Shown here piece by piece: positions 42,331 to 55,273 of a DNA stretch of 64,000 nt. A program made the translations under genes and the position numbers. A model generated the notes under the pieces. The model made no database searches. It was given only the letters and a program-made list of their open reading frames with translations, and was not told where the DNA came from. The stretch comes from Octopus vulgaris. Taxonomy: Eukaryota. Positions within the stretch are counted from its first letter, which is position 1, and each line of letters opens with the position of its first letter. The stretch is taken from the NCBI GenBank assembly GCA_951406725.2, contig OX597819.1:57350001-57414000 (forward strand), read 5' to 3'.

Positions 42331-42470
42331 AGCGGTGAGCTGGTAGAATCGTCAGCACGCCGGGCGAAATGCTTAGCGGCATTTCATCCGTCTTTACGTT
42401 CTGAGTTCAAATGGCTCCGAGGTCGACTTTGCTTTTCATCTTTTCGGCTATCGGTAGAATAAGTGTTAAT
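42331..42470 (+). mobile_element. SINE 5' part
   Basis: AGCGGTGAGCTGGTAGAATCG..GTTCTGAGTTCAAAT..GAGGTCGACTTTGC. Confidence 0.75.
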
Positions 42471-43924
42471 TGAGTATATACCATATACATAAGGTTTCTA
42501 AGAATATAGGAATCATGAGGAAAACATAGAATCATCAGAAATTACAGGTATTTTCCACATTTTTCATCGTTTCTTTACTGCTGCTGTGTTTCACAATTGT
42601 GCTGAAGGCTCATTTACTTAGTCATATACCATTGGCTAATTTCAAATTATAACACGAGTAACATAATAGTATTATAACAGAGCACACAAGGAACTGCAAT
42701 TGGATGCCGTTTTACTTTTGTTTTTTTTCTTTTTAAGCAAGCCATATTTATGAAATTCTCCACTCATTCCTAAAGCTACATTGCCTCATATGCTTTTAAC
42801 GATATTAGTATCATCTTAGATGTGCTCGTATGTTCCTTTGTGTCAGGCCGTCCTGGGTGTGCCGACTTATGGACGCATCCCAGCTTTCATTTTATTTCTA
42901 AATCAGTCCTGAGTGGCATAGTTTAACAAGAGAAGTGTGTAATTTTAGGTCAGTTTGGCTGCTCTCTCTAGCAAGTGGAACGCCCGTATTCAGATACTTT
43001 TCCTTTACAAAACATTGCAGGTGGCAAAGGGCAATGTTTGTGGTTATCATCGGTCACTATGTCAAAAACAAGCTATTCTTTAAAATCATATCTAGCTATT
43101 TTCAATAACGTATTCGTCACTGCTAGAAAATATCTGTAAATGAACTTGGCTTTTCAATTGAACTATTCAAAATAAGGATTGATTTAAAACCGACTATTTT
43201 ATGAATCTTGTGATAAATATTGATTTTAGCAGTTTAGTTTTATTGATCGCTGAAAAATTCTAGTTTAAACTGTATGACTTGATTTTTTGAACAAATGGTT
43301 CACTAAACATTGTTACTAATACAGCTGCGTTCTACCATAAAAAGTCAAATCTAGCCTATTCACTTTTTTCGAATGATTCAGATATTGTAAGCGTGGTACG
43401 CTATTATTTTACTACAAGATTTCAATATACATTCATATACTCATGTATGTGATTATACATGATGGCTGTTTTTACAAGCATGTAACGTTTTTTAAAGTAA
43501 ATATACGAAAATACCATCGATCGTCACAAATGGTATTAGTTTGGGAGACGAACGAAAGTAAATATAGTGATTTACGATGAGACTCGAACAAACCGCAAAT
43601 ATATACTTTTGCTTACTTTGTATATTTACCGGCTTTAGTTATTGAACTACGTTTTTACTGATTTTGAAACTGATTTCATTTTATCCCTAGCTCGTATATT
43701 GGTTTGAGATACGTTCCTTTTACTTTTGTTTTCTTTTTTTTTTTGGCTTATTGCCTACATCATAACATGAGATTCAACTTATGTTCTTTAATTCTTTATC
43801 TTTACATTCACTATTAAATCCACAAATATGATGATTCATCTAATATATTACTTTACGAAGTTATTTTCTTTCAAGAATATAATATATCCTTATTAAACTA
43901 TGCACATGACGCTACAATACAAGC

Positions 43925-44495
43925 TTGCATCGTAGCGAAATGGTTTCCGGTACAGTCGTACTCGGCATCACCTTGGGCACGTCACTTGTACAAGAGCCCT
44001 GAGATCAGCAGATAAGCTGTGAGTGAATTTGTAAAAACAAACGGTGTGGAAGTCCTAGTTGCGAGGATGGGCATGGCTATGTGAAGAGGCGCTGGCGTGA
44101 CTATGTGAAGTGGCGCAGGCGTAGCTGCGTGGTACGAAGTTTGCTTCCCGAGCACATGATTTTAACTTCAATCCCACTGTGTGGCATTTAGGGCAAGCGT
44201 CTTGTACTATAGCCTCGGTCGATGAAATTATTATAAGTGAATTTGGTAGACAAAAACAGAAAGAAACCTGGCGAATATATGTAGGTTTGAGGTTTGGTTG
44301 CTTTTGTGTTTGTGTTTGTTCCCCGCCATCACCTGTGTTGGTCTGTTTACGTCCCCATAACAGCGGTTCGGCAAAAAGATAAGTACGAGGCTTAACAGAA
44401 TATAAGTAGTGTGATTAATTCATTCGACTAAAGTTCTTCAAGACAATACCAAAGTATGGTGCAATCTAATCAGTAAGACAAGCAAAAGAAAAAAA
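43925..44495 (+). mobile_element. Degenerate CORE-like SINE fragments (43925-44060, 44112-44495)
   Basis: CACCTTGGGCA, GGCGCAGGCGTAGCTGCGTGGT and GTGAATTTGGTAGAC similarities to 35775. Confidence 0.65.
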
Positions 44496-44540
44496 GAGAT
44501 AGATCTATGAATGTAGACACAGACACAAACATATATGTGT

Positions 44541-44836
44541 GGGGAGTGCAATGGCACAGTGGTTAGGGCAGCGGACGCGCGGTTGTAGGATCGCGGTTTC
44601 GATTCCTAGACCGGGCGTTGTGAGTGTTTATTGAACGAAAACACCTAAAAGCTCCATGAGGCTCCGGCAGGGGCTGGTGGCGATCTACTGTACACTTTCG
44701 CCACAACTTTCTCTCAATCTGTCTTCTGTTGGCCTGTACGCTTAGCCAGCGGGGTGGCGACATTTGAAGGCTAAAACAGTGCAAAGCGCCTTGTGACCAG
44801 CGATGCGTAGCAACATCTGATAGTCTGATCGGTCAC
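44541..44836 (+). mobile_element. tRNA-derived SINE (same head as 1652)
   Basis: TGGCACAGTGGTTAGG A box, GGTTTCGATTCC B box and shared GGGCGTTGTGAGTGTTTATTGA. Confidence 0.78.
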
Positions 44837-44857
44837 GGACCAGGATACTAGACTAGG

Positions 44858-44894
<37 letters not shown>

Positions 44895-45089
44895 AACTAT
44901 GGGGGTTTAGTTCACAGGTGATCTAAACGATTAGGTACGCTAGGTGAGTGCTGTAACGGATTACAGGGGCGGCTCTAAGACGATAGTTATGGAGCCTTTA
45001 CAGAATTCCGATGCAGCGGAAACATCTAAAGTCATAGATAATATTACTATAGGAAGGAATTCAAAATCGTACAGGTGTTTCTGGGATAT

Positions 45090-45695
45090 AACCATGCTAC
45101 GAAGTGATAATAACCATGCTACGATTCTATATGCTATTATGGCCATTCCTTATATATTTGAACGTATATTATATAGTCTATTGACTATCTTTTCTGTCTC
45201 ACTTGACCGCTGGTAGCGGAATAGTTTTCTAGAGTTTTTTGCTACCCTAAAATTTAATAATTAATGATTTTTTCGCTAATTTTGAAATTAAATCGGCAGT
45301 TTATATTTGCTGCTGAGAAAACCGCGCGAGTGTGGTGGATTTTGAAAAGTTATAGCATATAGACTCGTCGCATGGTTATTATCACTTCGTGACGATATGG
45401 TAGTCCTTGGTTTTCTGCTGAAGAGGCACGCCAGTTGTAAATAAATTAAATATATTTACTAAAGATTGCTGAAACTATGCATTGTCCAGAAAGGAGAGGG
45501 TGAACGTTTTTATTTCTCTATTAGTGGTTTGGAGTTTAACTGCTCTTTCTAGTGAGTCGAATGTCCTATTATGGCCATTCCTTATATATTTGAATGTATA
45601 TTATATAGTCTATTGACTATCTATTCCTTCTAACTTGACCGCTGGTAGCGGAGAATTTTTCTAGAATTTTTGCTACCCTAAAATTTATTAATTAA
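45090..45695 (+). mobile_element. Retrozyme-like element: about 1.3 tandem units (period 432 bp) with a short inverted 5' segment, ending in (TA)n
   Basis: 45135-45265 is repeated at 45567-45695. 45099-45138 is the reverse complement of about 45352-45390. Homologous to the 58-kb monomer. Confidence 0.8.
45412..45492 (+). ncRNA. Type I hammerhead ribozyme
   Basis: Stem I TTTCTG/CAGAAA, CTGAAGA 45418-45424, stem II GGCA/TGCT with inner GTAAATA/TATTTAC, GAAA 45471-45474, stem III ACTATGCATTGT, GTC site (cleavage after 45486). Confidence 0.85.
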
Positions 45696-45753
45696 TATAT
45701 ATATATATATGTATATATATATGTATACATGCATATATATATATGTATATATG

Positions 45754-45827
<74 letters not shown>

Positions 45828-45835
45828 CATACATT

Positions 45836-45895
<60 letters not shown>

Positions 45896-46186
45896 GCGTA
45901 CATACATTTTTGTATGTATGTATGTATGTAGGTATGTATATATGTACGTACGTACATACGCATGTATGTATAGATAGAAAGATACATATAAAGATAGATA
46001 GATGGATAAAAAACATTTTGGATAACAGTGAACTACAAAAAGAAAAGTAAAACTAGTTGAAGTTTTACCTTGTGTTGTAATATTTAGGCGCTATGATCTT
46101 TTTTTCGGGATACGTGGAAAAATGAGGAGTGGAATAATTCATGCTCAGATAAAGACTCACGTAGACTGGTGTTATTACAACAGCCA

Positions 46187-46670
46187 TTCTGTGCCTGGAG
46201 AAGGTTTCAATTGCTTAGGGCTAACTTCAGCATAATAAGAAGAAGGGCATGCTTAATTTTACAGCTGACCCTTTCACATTAAATGTTCCCCATGCACACG
46301 ACCACTTCCTGGATCTGACAATTCTGCAGGTGTTCTATGTGCCGTATTCTCTGGTGTGAATCAGCAGTTTTCTTGTAGTGGATTCAAAGTAGGGCGTACC
46401 ACATTTCCTGCATAATACTTCATGTGCCACGTAGTCCAAAGAGTAAATTTTAAGGATGTCAATGTGGAAATTAGAAAAAGTGTACTATCTATATATTAAG
46501 TCCCTTCTAGTAGATAACACGCTGGATTGATGTAATGGTTCTCTCGTTGAAGTAAGATAGTTTTAGGAAGCACGTTTCAGACTTGGGATTAAGTGATTTG
46601 TTGTCGTTTGGCGAAACATGGTGGATAGCCCCTGTTCAGCCGATTTACGTTGTGTCATTGCACCTATCGC
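46187..46670 (-). pseudogene. Decayed Penelope-like element ORF (linker plus GIY-YIG endonuclease)
   Basis: Minus-strand pieces in order: RLNRGYPPCF (L.NGYP), CFLKLSYFNERTITSIQRVIY*KGLNI*IVH, YVAHEVLCRKCGTPYFESTTRKLLIHTREY (VVY.I.C..C...YIG.T.R.L..R..EH), AEVSPKQLKPSPGTE (E..I..LKP.LN). Confidence 0.7.
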
Positions 46671-46909
46671 TTATATATGCGATTTCGTTTCGTACGCACG
46701 CTCTTTCCCCCTGGTGGGCAGAACCACCTCATAGTAGACTATATATAAATCTCTCTGTGTATATATGTGTATATGCGCGTGTGTGTGTGCATGTGTGTCT
46801 ACGTGTTTGTGTATATACTATTTACACAGATGTGTTCTAGCCAGTGTTCAACTTATACGTATTTCATCGTCACCGTAGGGATGGAAGCAAATTCGACATC
46901 GGCTAAATA

Positions 46910-46960
<51 letters not shown>

Positions 46961-46961
<1 letters not shown>

Positions 46962-48629
46962 GGCCTATTGCGCACTGTGAAAGCATTCAGCGATGACATC
47001 GGGATGGAGTTTGGGCTTGAGAAGTGTGCCAAGGCCACTTTCCAGAAAGGGAAAGGGAAGACCACAAATTCAGTCGTGTTAGATGTTGGCACAATCATAA
47101 GAGAGATTGAGCAAGAACAAACATACTAATATTTAGGGATAAATGAAGGCTCTGGTATTCAGCATGCAAGCATGAAAGAGAAGATCAGGAAGGAATGTTA
47201 TAGGAGAGTTCGTGCAGTCCTGAAATCTGAACTAAATGCACGTAACAAGGTGTTAGCTATAAATTCCTTAGCAGTTCCAGTTGTTATTTATAGCTACAAT
47301 GTGTTGAACTGGAATATGAGTGAAGTAAAGAATATATACAGGAAAATACGCAAGCTGCTGAGTTGTAATCGGATGCACCACACAAAGGCAGACGTAGATC
47401 GCCTTTACCTTCCTAGAGCCCAAGGAGGTCGAGGCCTGATCCAATTTGATCTAGCTTACAAAACAACCACAATTGGACTGGCCAAATATCTTGAAATAAC
47501 GAATCACTGGATGCTAAAGCTCGTGGAAAATCACGAGAGACGAAAAAAGCTTCATTCTATCATAAAGGAAAGCAAAACACTTGCTATTGATCTCGTACAG
47601 GATACCCAAACTGAACAACCCGGCAACTATTGTTGCAAAGAAGGTGAAAATAATGGCAACGAAAAAAGCGCACGAGCAATTGGCTGATAGGTGGGAGGAG
47701 AAACCTCTGCACGGCAAATATGTGGCCCGTAGCAAACAAGCTGATGTTGACCAGAAGCAAACCCATCAGTGGCTACGGAGCTCAGGGCTAAAAGCAGAGA
47801 GCGAAGGTTTCATCCTGGCTGCTCAAGATCAAAGCCTATTAACCCGGAACTACCAGGCCAATGTAATGAAAAATGGAGCAGACCCAAAATCCCGATTCTG
47901 CAATGACATGATTGAAACAGTGGACCACCTAATCTCTGGATGTAAAGTCTTAGCACCAGTGGAGTATAAATTAAGACATGACAGAGTTGGCCAATATCTA
48001 CACTGGCTAATAAGTCGGCATTACAATATCAAAACTGCCGACAAGTGGTATAATCACCACCCTGAAGCTGTAACTGAAGGAGAAAATGTAACGATTCTGT
48101 GGGACTTTCCAGTACATACAGACCGAACCATCAAAGCCAATAAACCAGATATTGTTGTGAAAGACAAAAACAATAAAGTTTGCTTATTGATCGACATGAG
48201 CATCCCCTGTGATCATAATATCTCAGCGAAAGAGTTTGACAAGCTCAGAAAATATAAAGACCTGCTCATTGAAATTGAGTAAATGTGGCATCTCAAGGCG
48301 GTTACAATACCAGTGATCGTAGGAGCACTAGGAATGATCAAGAAGGGAACCGAAAATTATATGAGAATGATCCCTGGCTTACCATCCCTGCAAGAAGTGC
48401 AAAAGATTGTCTTAACTGGTACATCACACGTATTGAGAAGAGCATTGTCGCTGTGAGAGCTGTTACTGCCCATGTATTTTAATTTAACGCTAAAAAAAAT
48501 TTAAAAAATGAACGAACTATTGAGTTTGGTTTAATGGCCTACCAATGTATACTATGAGTTACTTTGCCCTAGGAGTCGGGAAGACGCTCGGCAAGAAATG
48601 GAAGCAAATTTGAAAAAGAAGAAAAAAAA
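46961..48629 (+). mobile_element. 5'-truncated Dong/R4-clade LINE (RT end, CCHC knuckle, restriction-like endonuclease) in (TAA)n
   Basis: FSDDIGMEFGLEKCA, Y*YLG, RLYLPRAQGGRGL, RFC..ETVDHLISGC..RHD, LWDFPVHTDRTIKANKPDIV..D, VGALG..VQKIVLTGTSHVLRRALS. (TAA)n on both flanks. Contains stops and a frameshift. Confidence 0.92.
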
Positions 48630-48724
48630 ATAATAATAATGATAATAAAAATAACAGTAATAATAACAGCAACAACAATAATAATAGTGATAATAATAAA
48701 ATAATAATAATGATGATGATGATG

Positions 48725-48798
<74 letters not shown>

Positions 48799-48823
48799 AA
48801 GAAGAAGAAGAAGAAGAAGAAGA

Positions 48824-48885
<62 letters not shown>

Positions 48886-48902
48886 CATTATCATATCATT
48901 AA

Positions 48903-48965
<63 letters not shown>

Positions 48966-49106
48966 GACAGCAACAATAACAACAACAACACAATAATAAT
49001 AATAGTAATTAGTTGAAGAAGAAAAAGAAAGGGATGAAAAATGTTTTCTCTTATTACAATTACTATTAATGATAGCAATAACCGTATATACATACATATC
49101 TGTGTC

Positions 49107-49141
<35 letters not shown>

Positions 49142-49175
49142 TGCATGCGCATATACACACAGATATATGTACTTC

Positions 49176-49229
<54 letters not shown>

Positions 49230-49727
49230 TATATATTCATCTATGTGTGTGTATATATGTGCATATATATGTATGTATTTATCTATGTATGCATGTATGT
49301 ATGTGTGTATGTACTTTGTGTAATCTTATGCTATTTTGTCCACTTGCATAAAATATTTGTTGTTTCGTGTCGCAAGAATAGCGTTGCAATTACTGACAGA
49401 CGATAATTCAGTCAGAATTTTTTCAAGAACGAGGCATGACTAATCATTTGGTGATTTTCTTATTGACAGATTCTCAAAAATACTATAAACGCGAATTAAT
49501 ATTCAATCCGAATGTCAAAAAATCGGCTGTTTTAACGTCATAATATTATCGTAAAGAATGGCTAATGTTCTCAATTCAATAACTGCTGTCTATTCATCTG
49601 ATTGAAAGAGATTTGCTCTCAGCTATCACTGCTTTTGGCTATTGTTCTCATCCATACATATGTATATGACTTTGTATTCATGCATTATATGTGTTAGTGT
49701 CTACATCCGCCACACACACATAATGCA

Positions 49728-49779
<52 letters not shown>

Positions 49780-49966
49780 AATCTATATGTATATGTATGC
49801 ATGTATGTATGTGTATATATATGTATAAGTGTATATGCCTGTATATATACATATATTTATGTATGCTCATATATATACATATTTATATATATATATGTAT
49901 ATATATATATTTATATGCATATATATACATATATATATATATATATACATACTTATGCATATATAT

Positions 49967-50032
<66 letters not shown>

Positions 50033-51929
50033 GAATGCGCGTGTGTCGTGGTTTATATACATTTTTTTCATAAATACATACACATTTACGCACATATATT
50101 TGTCTGAATAAATGAACATATGGCATGCACATGTTCTTCTGACTCCCTAACTATGCAAGTGTGTGTAGACATCGGTGAAGTAATTCGGTGGTTGTTAAAT
50201 TAGCTTTCTGATAGTCTGTTATTGTATCTACTACGATGGTCTGTTATTGTATCTACATTGGTGATCGCTTTTACTATTCCTTACCCTTCAGTTCCACGTA
50301 CATTGCCCATACTTCAATAGTTCTATCTTTCACTCTACCGCTTCCGTCCGTTATTTATAATTTTTTTTTTTACTTCTATTTATATTTATTCCTTCGATGA
50401 AATTGTTCAAAACATACGAAAAGCACAATTTACCACTTAAATATTGTAAGACTGTCAAATCAATCTAACTAATGTTTATCAAAATTATTGTTAAGGGACA
50501 AAAAGCGGGCTTTCATGAGAGAATTTCAAAGAAAATTTCGTTAAAAGCATCATTAAATGATTTCGTGGAAATACTAGCTTAAGAACCTCCAATTTTAATT
50601 AGGTGATTTTAAATCATTGTAGTCGTACTAAAACGTGTGCATCTTAAAATAAATTTTTGGTTTGTGTTTTCTTTTATTTTTTGTGGTCTTTTCAAAATAG
50701 CTATATTTTGCTTTTAAGAGACTGTCCAGTATTTTGTTATTACGACAGAGAGGTGAATAGTATGTTATAGGCTTTTATATGCATTAACGGATACCACAAC
50801 GTTCACAAGAGAACAGCAATGATAATTAGGTGTTTTCAGTTTCTTTCATGGTAGATCAATAAATAGATTTCTAATTTGCTTGACACCGGATATTATCAAT
50901 GATACCATTATATCAATGTCTAATAATCATGATAAATTGTTTCGATTGTTTGTTTTTTTAAATATAAGCAACAATAAAACTTGGATTTGTCAAGTTTTTT
51001 ATGGCTTAACTGATGAGGTTCTCCGAGAAAGATGGAAGTAAAAGAATGAATCTCTCCTAATGCTAATGTGACTTTGACCTGAAGGATTGTGAACGATGAA
51101 AGAAGACGCAACTCGGGGGAAGCAGCCCTCAAAAGGTGCTGTTAAGCAAGACGGGAGGGTAAGTCTACCATGTAAAAATTGTTATAGTCAATCCGTTGGG
51201 CTTCGACAAAGTTTCTCAATTAGTTTTGGTTAACTGAAGGCAGTGAGAGGTACTTGGAAATCAGTTTATCCCACGGGTAGCGCATGAGCACACGTAATTG
51301 CAAATTGTTATAGAATACAATTTTGTCACTGGTGTATCCCTCTATTTAATGCCAAGCTCGGTGGTGTCAGAGGTATATTTGAGTTGAAATAGGCCTTTAT
51401 ACTTGTGTGCAGTTGTACAAACAAATCCTCACGCTTAAGTGGGAACTCATTTTTCCAAGGTATTTCGTAGCGCATTACTGCACCCTATTTCGTTAGATCA
51501 GTGAAAGCTTGCTGTTCTACGTTCTTCCCTTCGAAATGTGAGCCAAAAATCGTGTGTAGAGCCTCTCCCAGAGCTAAACCTGCATTGCGACTCTGGGATT
51601 CTAATAGATCATATGTATATATGCAGCCGATTCATAAATGTCTGACGAAAGTTTATCAACAAGCGCACTTAACAAAGTATCACACAAGTTAACACTGTTG
51701 TATTTGTCACCTTTTATTTTATACAAAAAATCAATGCAGCATATCTCAAATTCTGTGGAAATGGCGATTCCTTCATCGGTTCATAATTAACGTGATCACA
51801 AGATCAAGATCATCCACTATGATACACAAACACAGACACACACACAAGTACACATATGCCACACACATACATACAGTCATATATATATATATAATTATCA
51901 TTTGAGGGAATAAAATCCAAACTTACAAG

Positions 51930-52033
51930 GATGAGTGGCTATATTTATATTGAAGTGATTTTATTACTACTACTACTAATATTTTTACTATAATAATTTC
52001 TTAAATATAGCCACGAAATAGGTGTCGTTATTC
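51930..52033 (+). ncRNA. 5'-truncated hammerhead remnant with 13-bp perfect stem II
   Basis: GATGA-GTGGCTATATTTA (51935-51947)...TAAATATAGCCAC (52002-52014)-GAAA. The CT of CTGATGA and stem I are replaced by an unrelated fragment. Confidence 0.55.
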
Positions 52034-52187
52034 TACCAAATATATACGTTTTATTTATTATTTTGCACACTACTTAATCATCGTTCTATGTTTAATCTCA
52101 TATTTAATCTTTCTATAATATGTAATTTTCTAGACGGTATAACTTAATTTTTCATTATTGAATTGATAAAAGGTGTTCTTTTTCTAA

Positions 52188-52583
52188 TCTTTATATATAA
52201 AAGTGAGGTTGTGTGCTGTCTGTCTCCTACGATTTAGATTCCTAACTACTCCCACATTTTGCGGTGCAGTTTAACCAAAACCGGGTATCTTATAGTCGTG
52301 ATTCATATCGAGCCCTTCTGGGTACTAGCGCGCGTCTACGATGAGTCTACGATTTAAAAAAAATTACCATCAATTTTTCCCATTTTAATGCATTTTTGGC
52401 ATATATAAAGGAAGTAACTCTCTAAAAATTTATTATTAAATCTCAAAACGTAAAAAGCTACAGTAACCCCCCCCCCCCTTTGTGGTTAACTATATTGAGA
52501 TGGCTATTATACTTTACATCTCTAAAAATGCTTATGTAGTTATTTCCCTTACAAACCCGAGCAACGCCGGGCGATACTGCTAG
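52188..52583 (+). mobile_element. Non-autonomous Helitron
   Basis: A|TC start, CCCGAGCAACGCCGGG hairpin, CTAG|T end, no target-site duplication. Confidence 0.9.
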
Positions 52584-52689
52584 TTTACATATATATATAT
52601 ATATAATATATTTTGTGAAATTTGATTTAGTATTTCTAAATTGAATTTTTCCCAGTAAGTTTGGAATGATATTCCCTCCCGTGTATACC

Positions 52690-52880
52690 GTTGGCGATTT
52701 TTTTCCTCTGTCTTCCCTTCTCTGGATCTTTCCTTCTCCTATGTTTCCGACGAAGAGCTCCGCTCGAAACGTTAAACCCTCCTTCTTTCCTTTTTTCCTG
52801 AGCGTCCAATAATACTATATTTGTTCCACGTCCTCACGCTGTTGTGTTTTTTTGTGCTTTCTTGTTTGGATTAACTATAT
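52690..52880 (+). mobile_element. Penelope-LTR-like repeat with minimal HHR-like motif at 52743-52777
   Basis: GTTT/AAAC stem I, CCGACGA core variant, GAGC/GCTC stem II, GAAA, ACGT palindromic stem III. Ends in (TA)n. Confidence 0.65.
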
Positions 52881-54470
52881 ATATATATTATTTTACCTCG
52901 TTAGCTACCTGGGCATTAGAAGCACTCTCTCAGCGTCAGTAAGATAATACTCTTGATAATTTACTGTGAAGGTACTATGACAGAAAAAGGATTGTCTCTC
53001 GAGACGTTATATCTGATTACTGTCTCATTCGTATGGGAATCTGATGGTTGATGGCTACTCATCCAAATGTAGGCATAGCACTACGTTTAATAGGAATCGA
53101 TCTCAAAAACAGCATTATTATTTTAAATGTTAGTGGATATTATCTTTACTAGGAATGTACTGTTATCTCTTCACATACCAATTATACAGCCTGGCAATTA
53201 TATTGATTTCACTTTAGTGGTAAAAGGTTCAATTACTATAATTTAGTCGGAGATATTTTACCGTAACTTATGTTGAGTTGTGTTAGATATGTTGCCAAAA
53301 AATAAAAAAATAAAAGAACATATTTGAAAGGAAACATCGCCTAAGAGGACATTAGTACTTTCATGGTAATAGTTTTCGAACTTGCACCCATATGTTAACG
53401 TGAACTGTTTGTGTAAATGAATTCTTGTGAAAAGATGAAAGTATGACGTTTCATATGACAATGATACATCTCAGCAATTATACTGATATCCCTAAATTAT
53501 ATAGCCACTAATTTCCATCTGAAGCATTCAGTTTTATTTGAGAAGTTCAAAAGAAGTACGACAAATCAGACCCGCCCAATAAATTTAATTTCATCGAATT
53601 CACTTCTGGGATAAATCGATATAACATCAGATCACCGAGAATGATATATATCGTTTATTATTATATTAGAAAGAGTTATGTTGTATAGAGACTCGGATAA
53701 AGATATTAAGAAAGGGCTGTAATAAATAATTTGCGAGAAATCTACAGTAACAATGAGACTTAATAGTAAACAAAACAAAAAAAAAACATCGAATTGCTAA
53801 TATTATTTGAACGACATTTGAAACTATTTAGCGTCTATAGTTTTCGTATTTAATTGTATTTTGTCTTTGTTAGTTCGCGTGTATATTTATTTATATTTCA
53901 TTGTTAGAGCGTGAAAAATAACAAAACAGTTGAAGTGTCTAAACAATTAAGAAAAGACAATGATAAATGTCATTAGAAACACAAAATTATTTATTTTTGT
54001 ATCGGTTTATGTTCAAATGATTCATCATTTTCCTATTTTCCGAAACATTGGGCACATTTTCTGGTTATTATAAAGCAATGGTTGAATGTTGTTATTTCTC
54101 AAACTAGATATGGCAAATGCGTCTCGTTTTTTCTTCCTTCCTTACTGCAATATATTTTTTTCGGTGAGAGAAAATACAGAAAGACGTAAAGAAACAGTCA
54201 GCGAGAAATCAATAAATATGGCTATATATGGCTCCATTGTTTATCCTCATACATGAAAAAATATTACGAATGTTAAATGATAAGGAAAACGGCGTCTATA
54301 AGTACGGCCGTTAAAGTGTCTACACTTCAAATAGTTTTTCCATATCGCATTTGTACCATTTAATGGTGGTAAATATTGGATATATGTTTGCGTCTATGCA
54401 TGTTGTGTGCCTGCGTATGTATGCGCTTGTGTTTATGTTCCTTTGTATATAACATAGTACACCTACTTAC

Positions 54471-54501
<31 letters not shown>

Positions 54502-55014
54502 ATAGTTATATACAAATATATCATATATATTATATATTAGTCATTTTTATATATGTTTGCGTGTGTGCATGCGCGTGTGCGTACGTGTGTGTGTGTGCAT
54601 GTGTGTAAGTATGTATGCATTTTGAATCGAAGCAATTTTACGATCGCTGTTGAAATAAACACTACTTTGGTCCCAAGGTAATTAATATCATTTATTCGAA
54701 TGTTTTTTTGGTTTCATCCAATACGTCTCTGCACGTACTTGACAGAACGGTCCACCTTACTAAGACGTGCCAACAATTGATTGCCTACACAACATACAAG
54801 AAATTGCCGCTATATTTCCTCTAAATCCTACTCCATTGTCTAAAAGAATGGGAAATACATGCGAGATAAAAATTTCAAAGACGTGATACCTCTGCAGAGA
54901 TTCGTTTAATCATCCGACTTCATCATCACCGTTCACGTCGACTCAACTGCATCAACAACAGCAACATCACTAGCAATCCTTAGAAAACAAGTGATGCATT
55001 TAATCTTATAAAAT

Positions 55015-55273
55015 AATAAAATAAATGCGCCCTTTTAAAGCTTAGCCAGGCACATGGTCCCGGTTTCCCGGTTTCTATGGGGTATATGTTCCCCAGCTCG
55101 ACAGGACGCCAGTCCATCGCAGCGTTACTCATTTTTGCCAGCTGAGTGGACTGGAGCAACGTGAAATGAAGCGCTTTGCTTAAGATCACAATGCGTCGCT
55201 CGGTCCAGGAATCGAAACCACAATCTCACGATCATGCTGCTGACACCCTAACCACTAAGCCACGCGCCTCCAC
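55015..55273 (-). mobile_element. tRNA-derived SINE (third family, CORE-like body)
   Basis: Minus GGAGGCGCGTGGCTTAGTGGTTAGG A box, GGTTTCGATTCCTGG B box and a (TTTA)n tail. Confidence 0.78.

Noticed and set aside
51005-51110. CTGATGAG..GAAA and CTGAAGG..GAAA strings
   Set aside because: Stem pairing or the UH site is absent, so these are probably chance matches.
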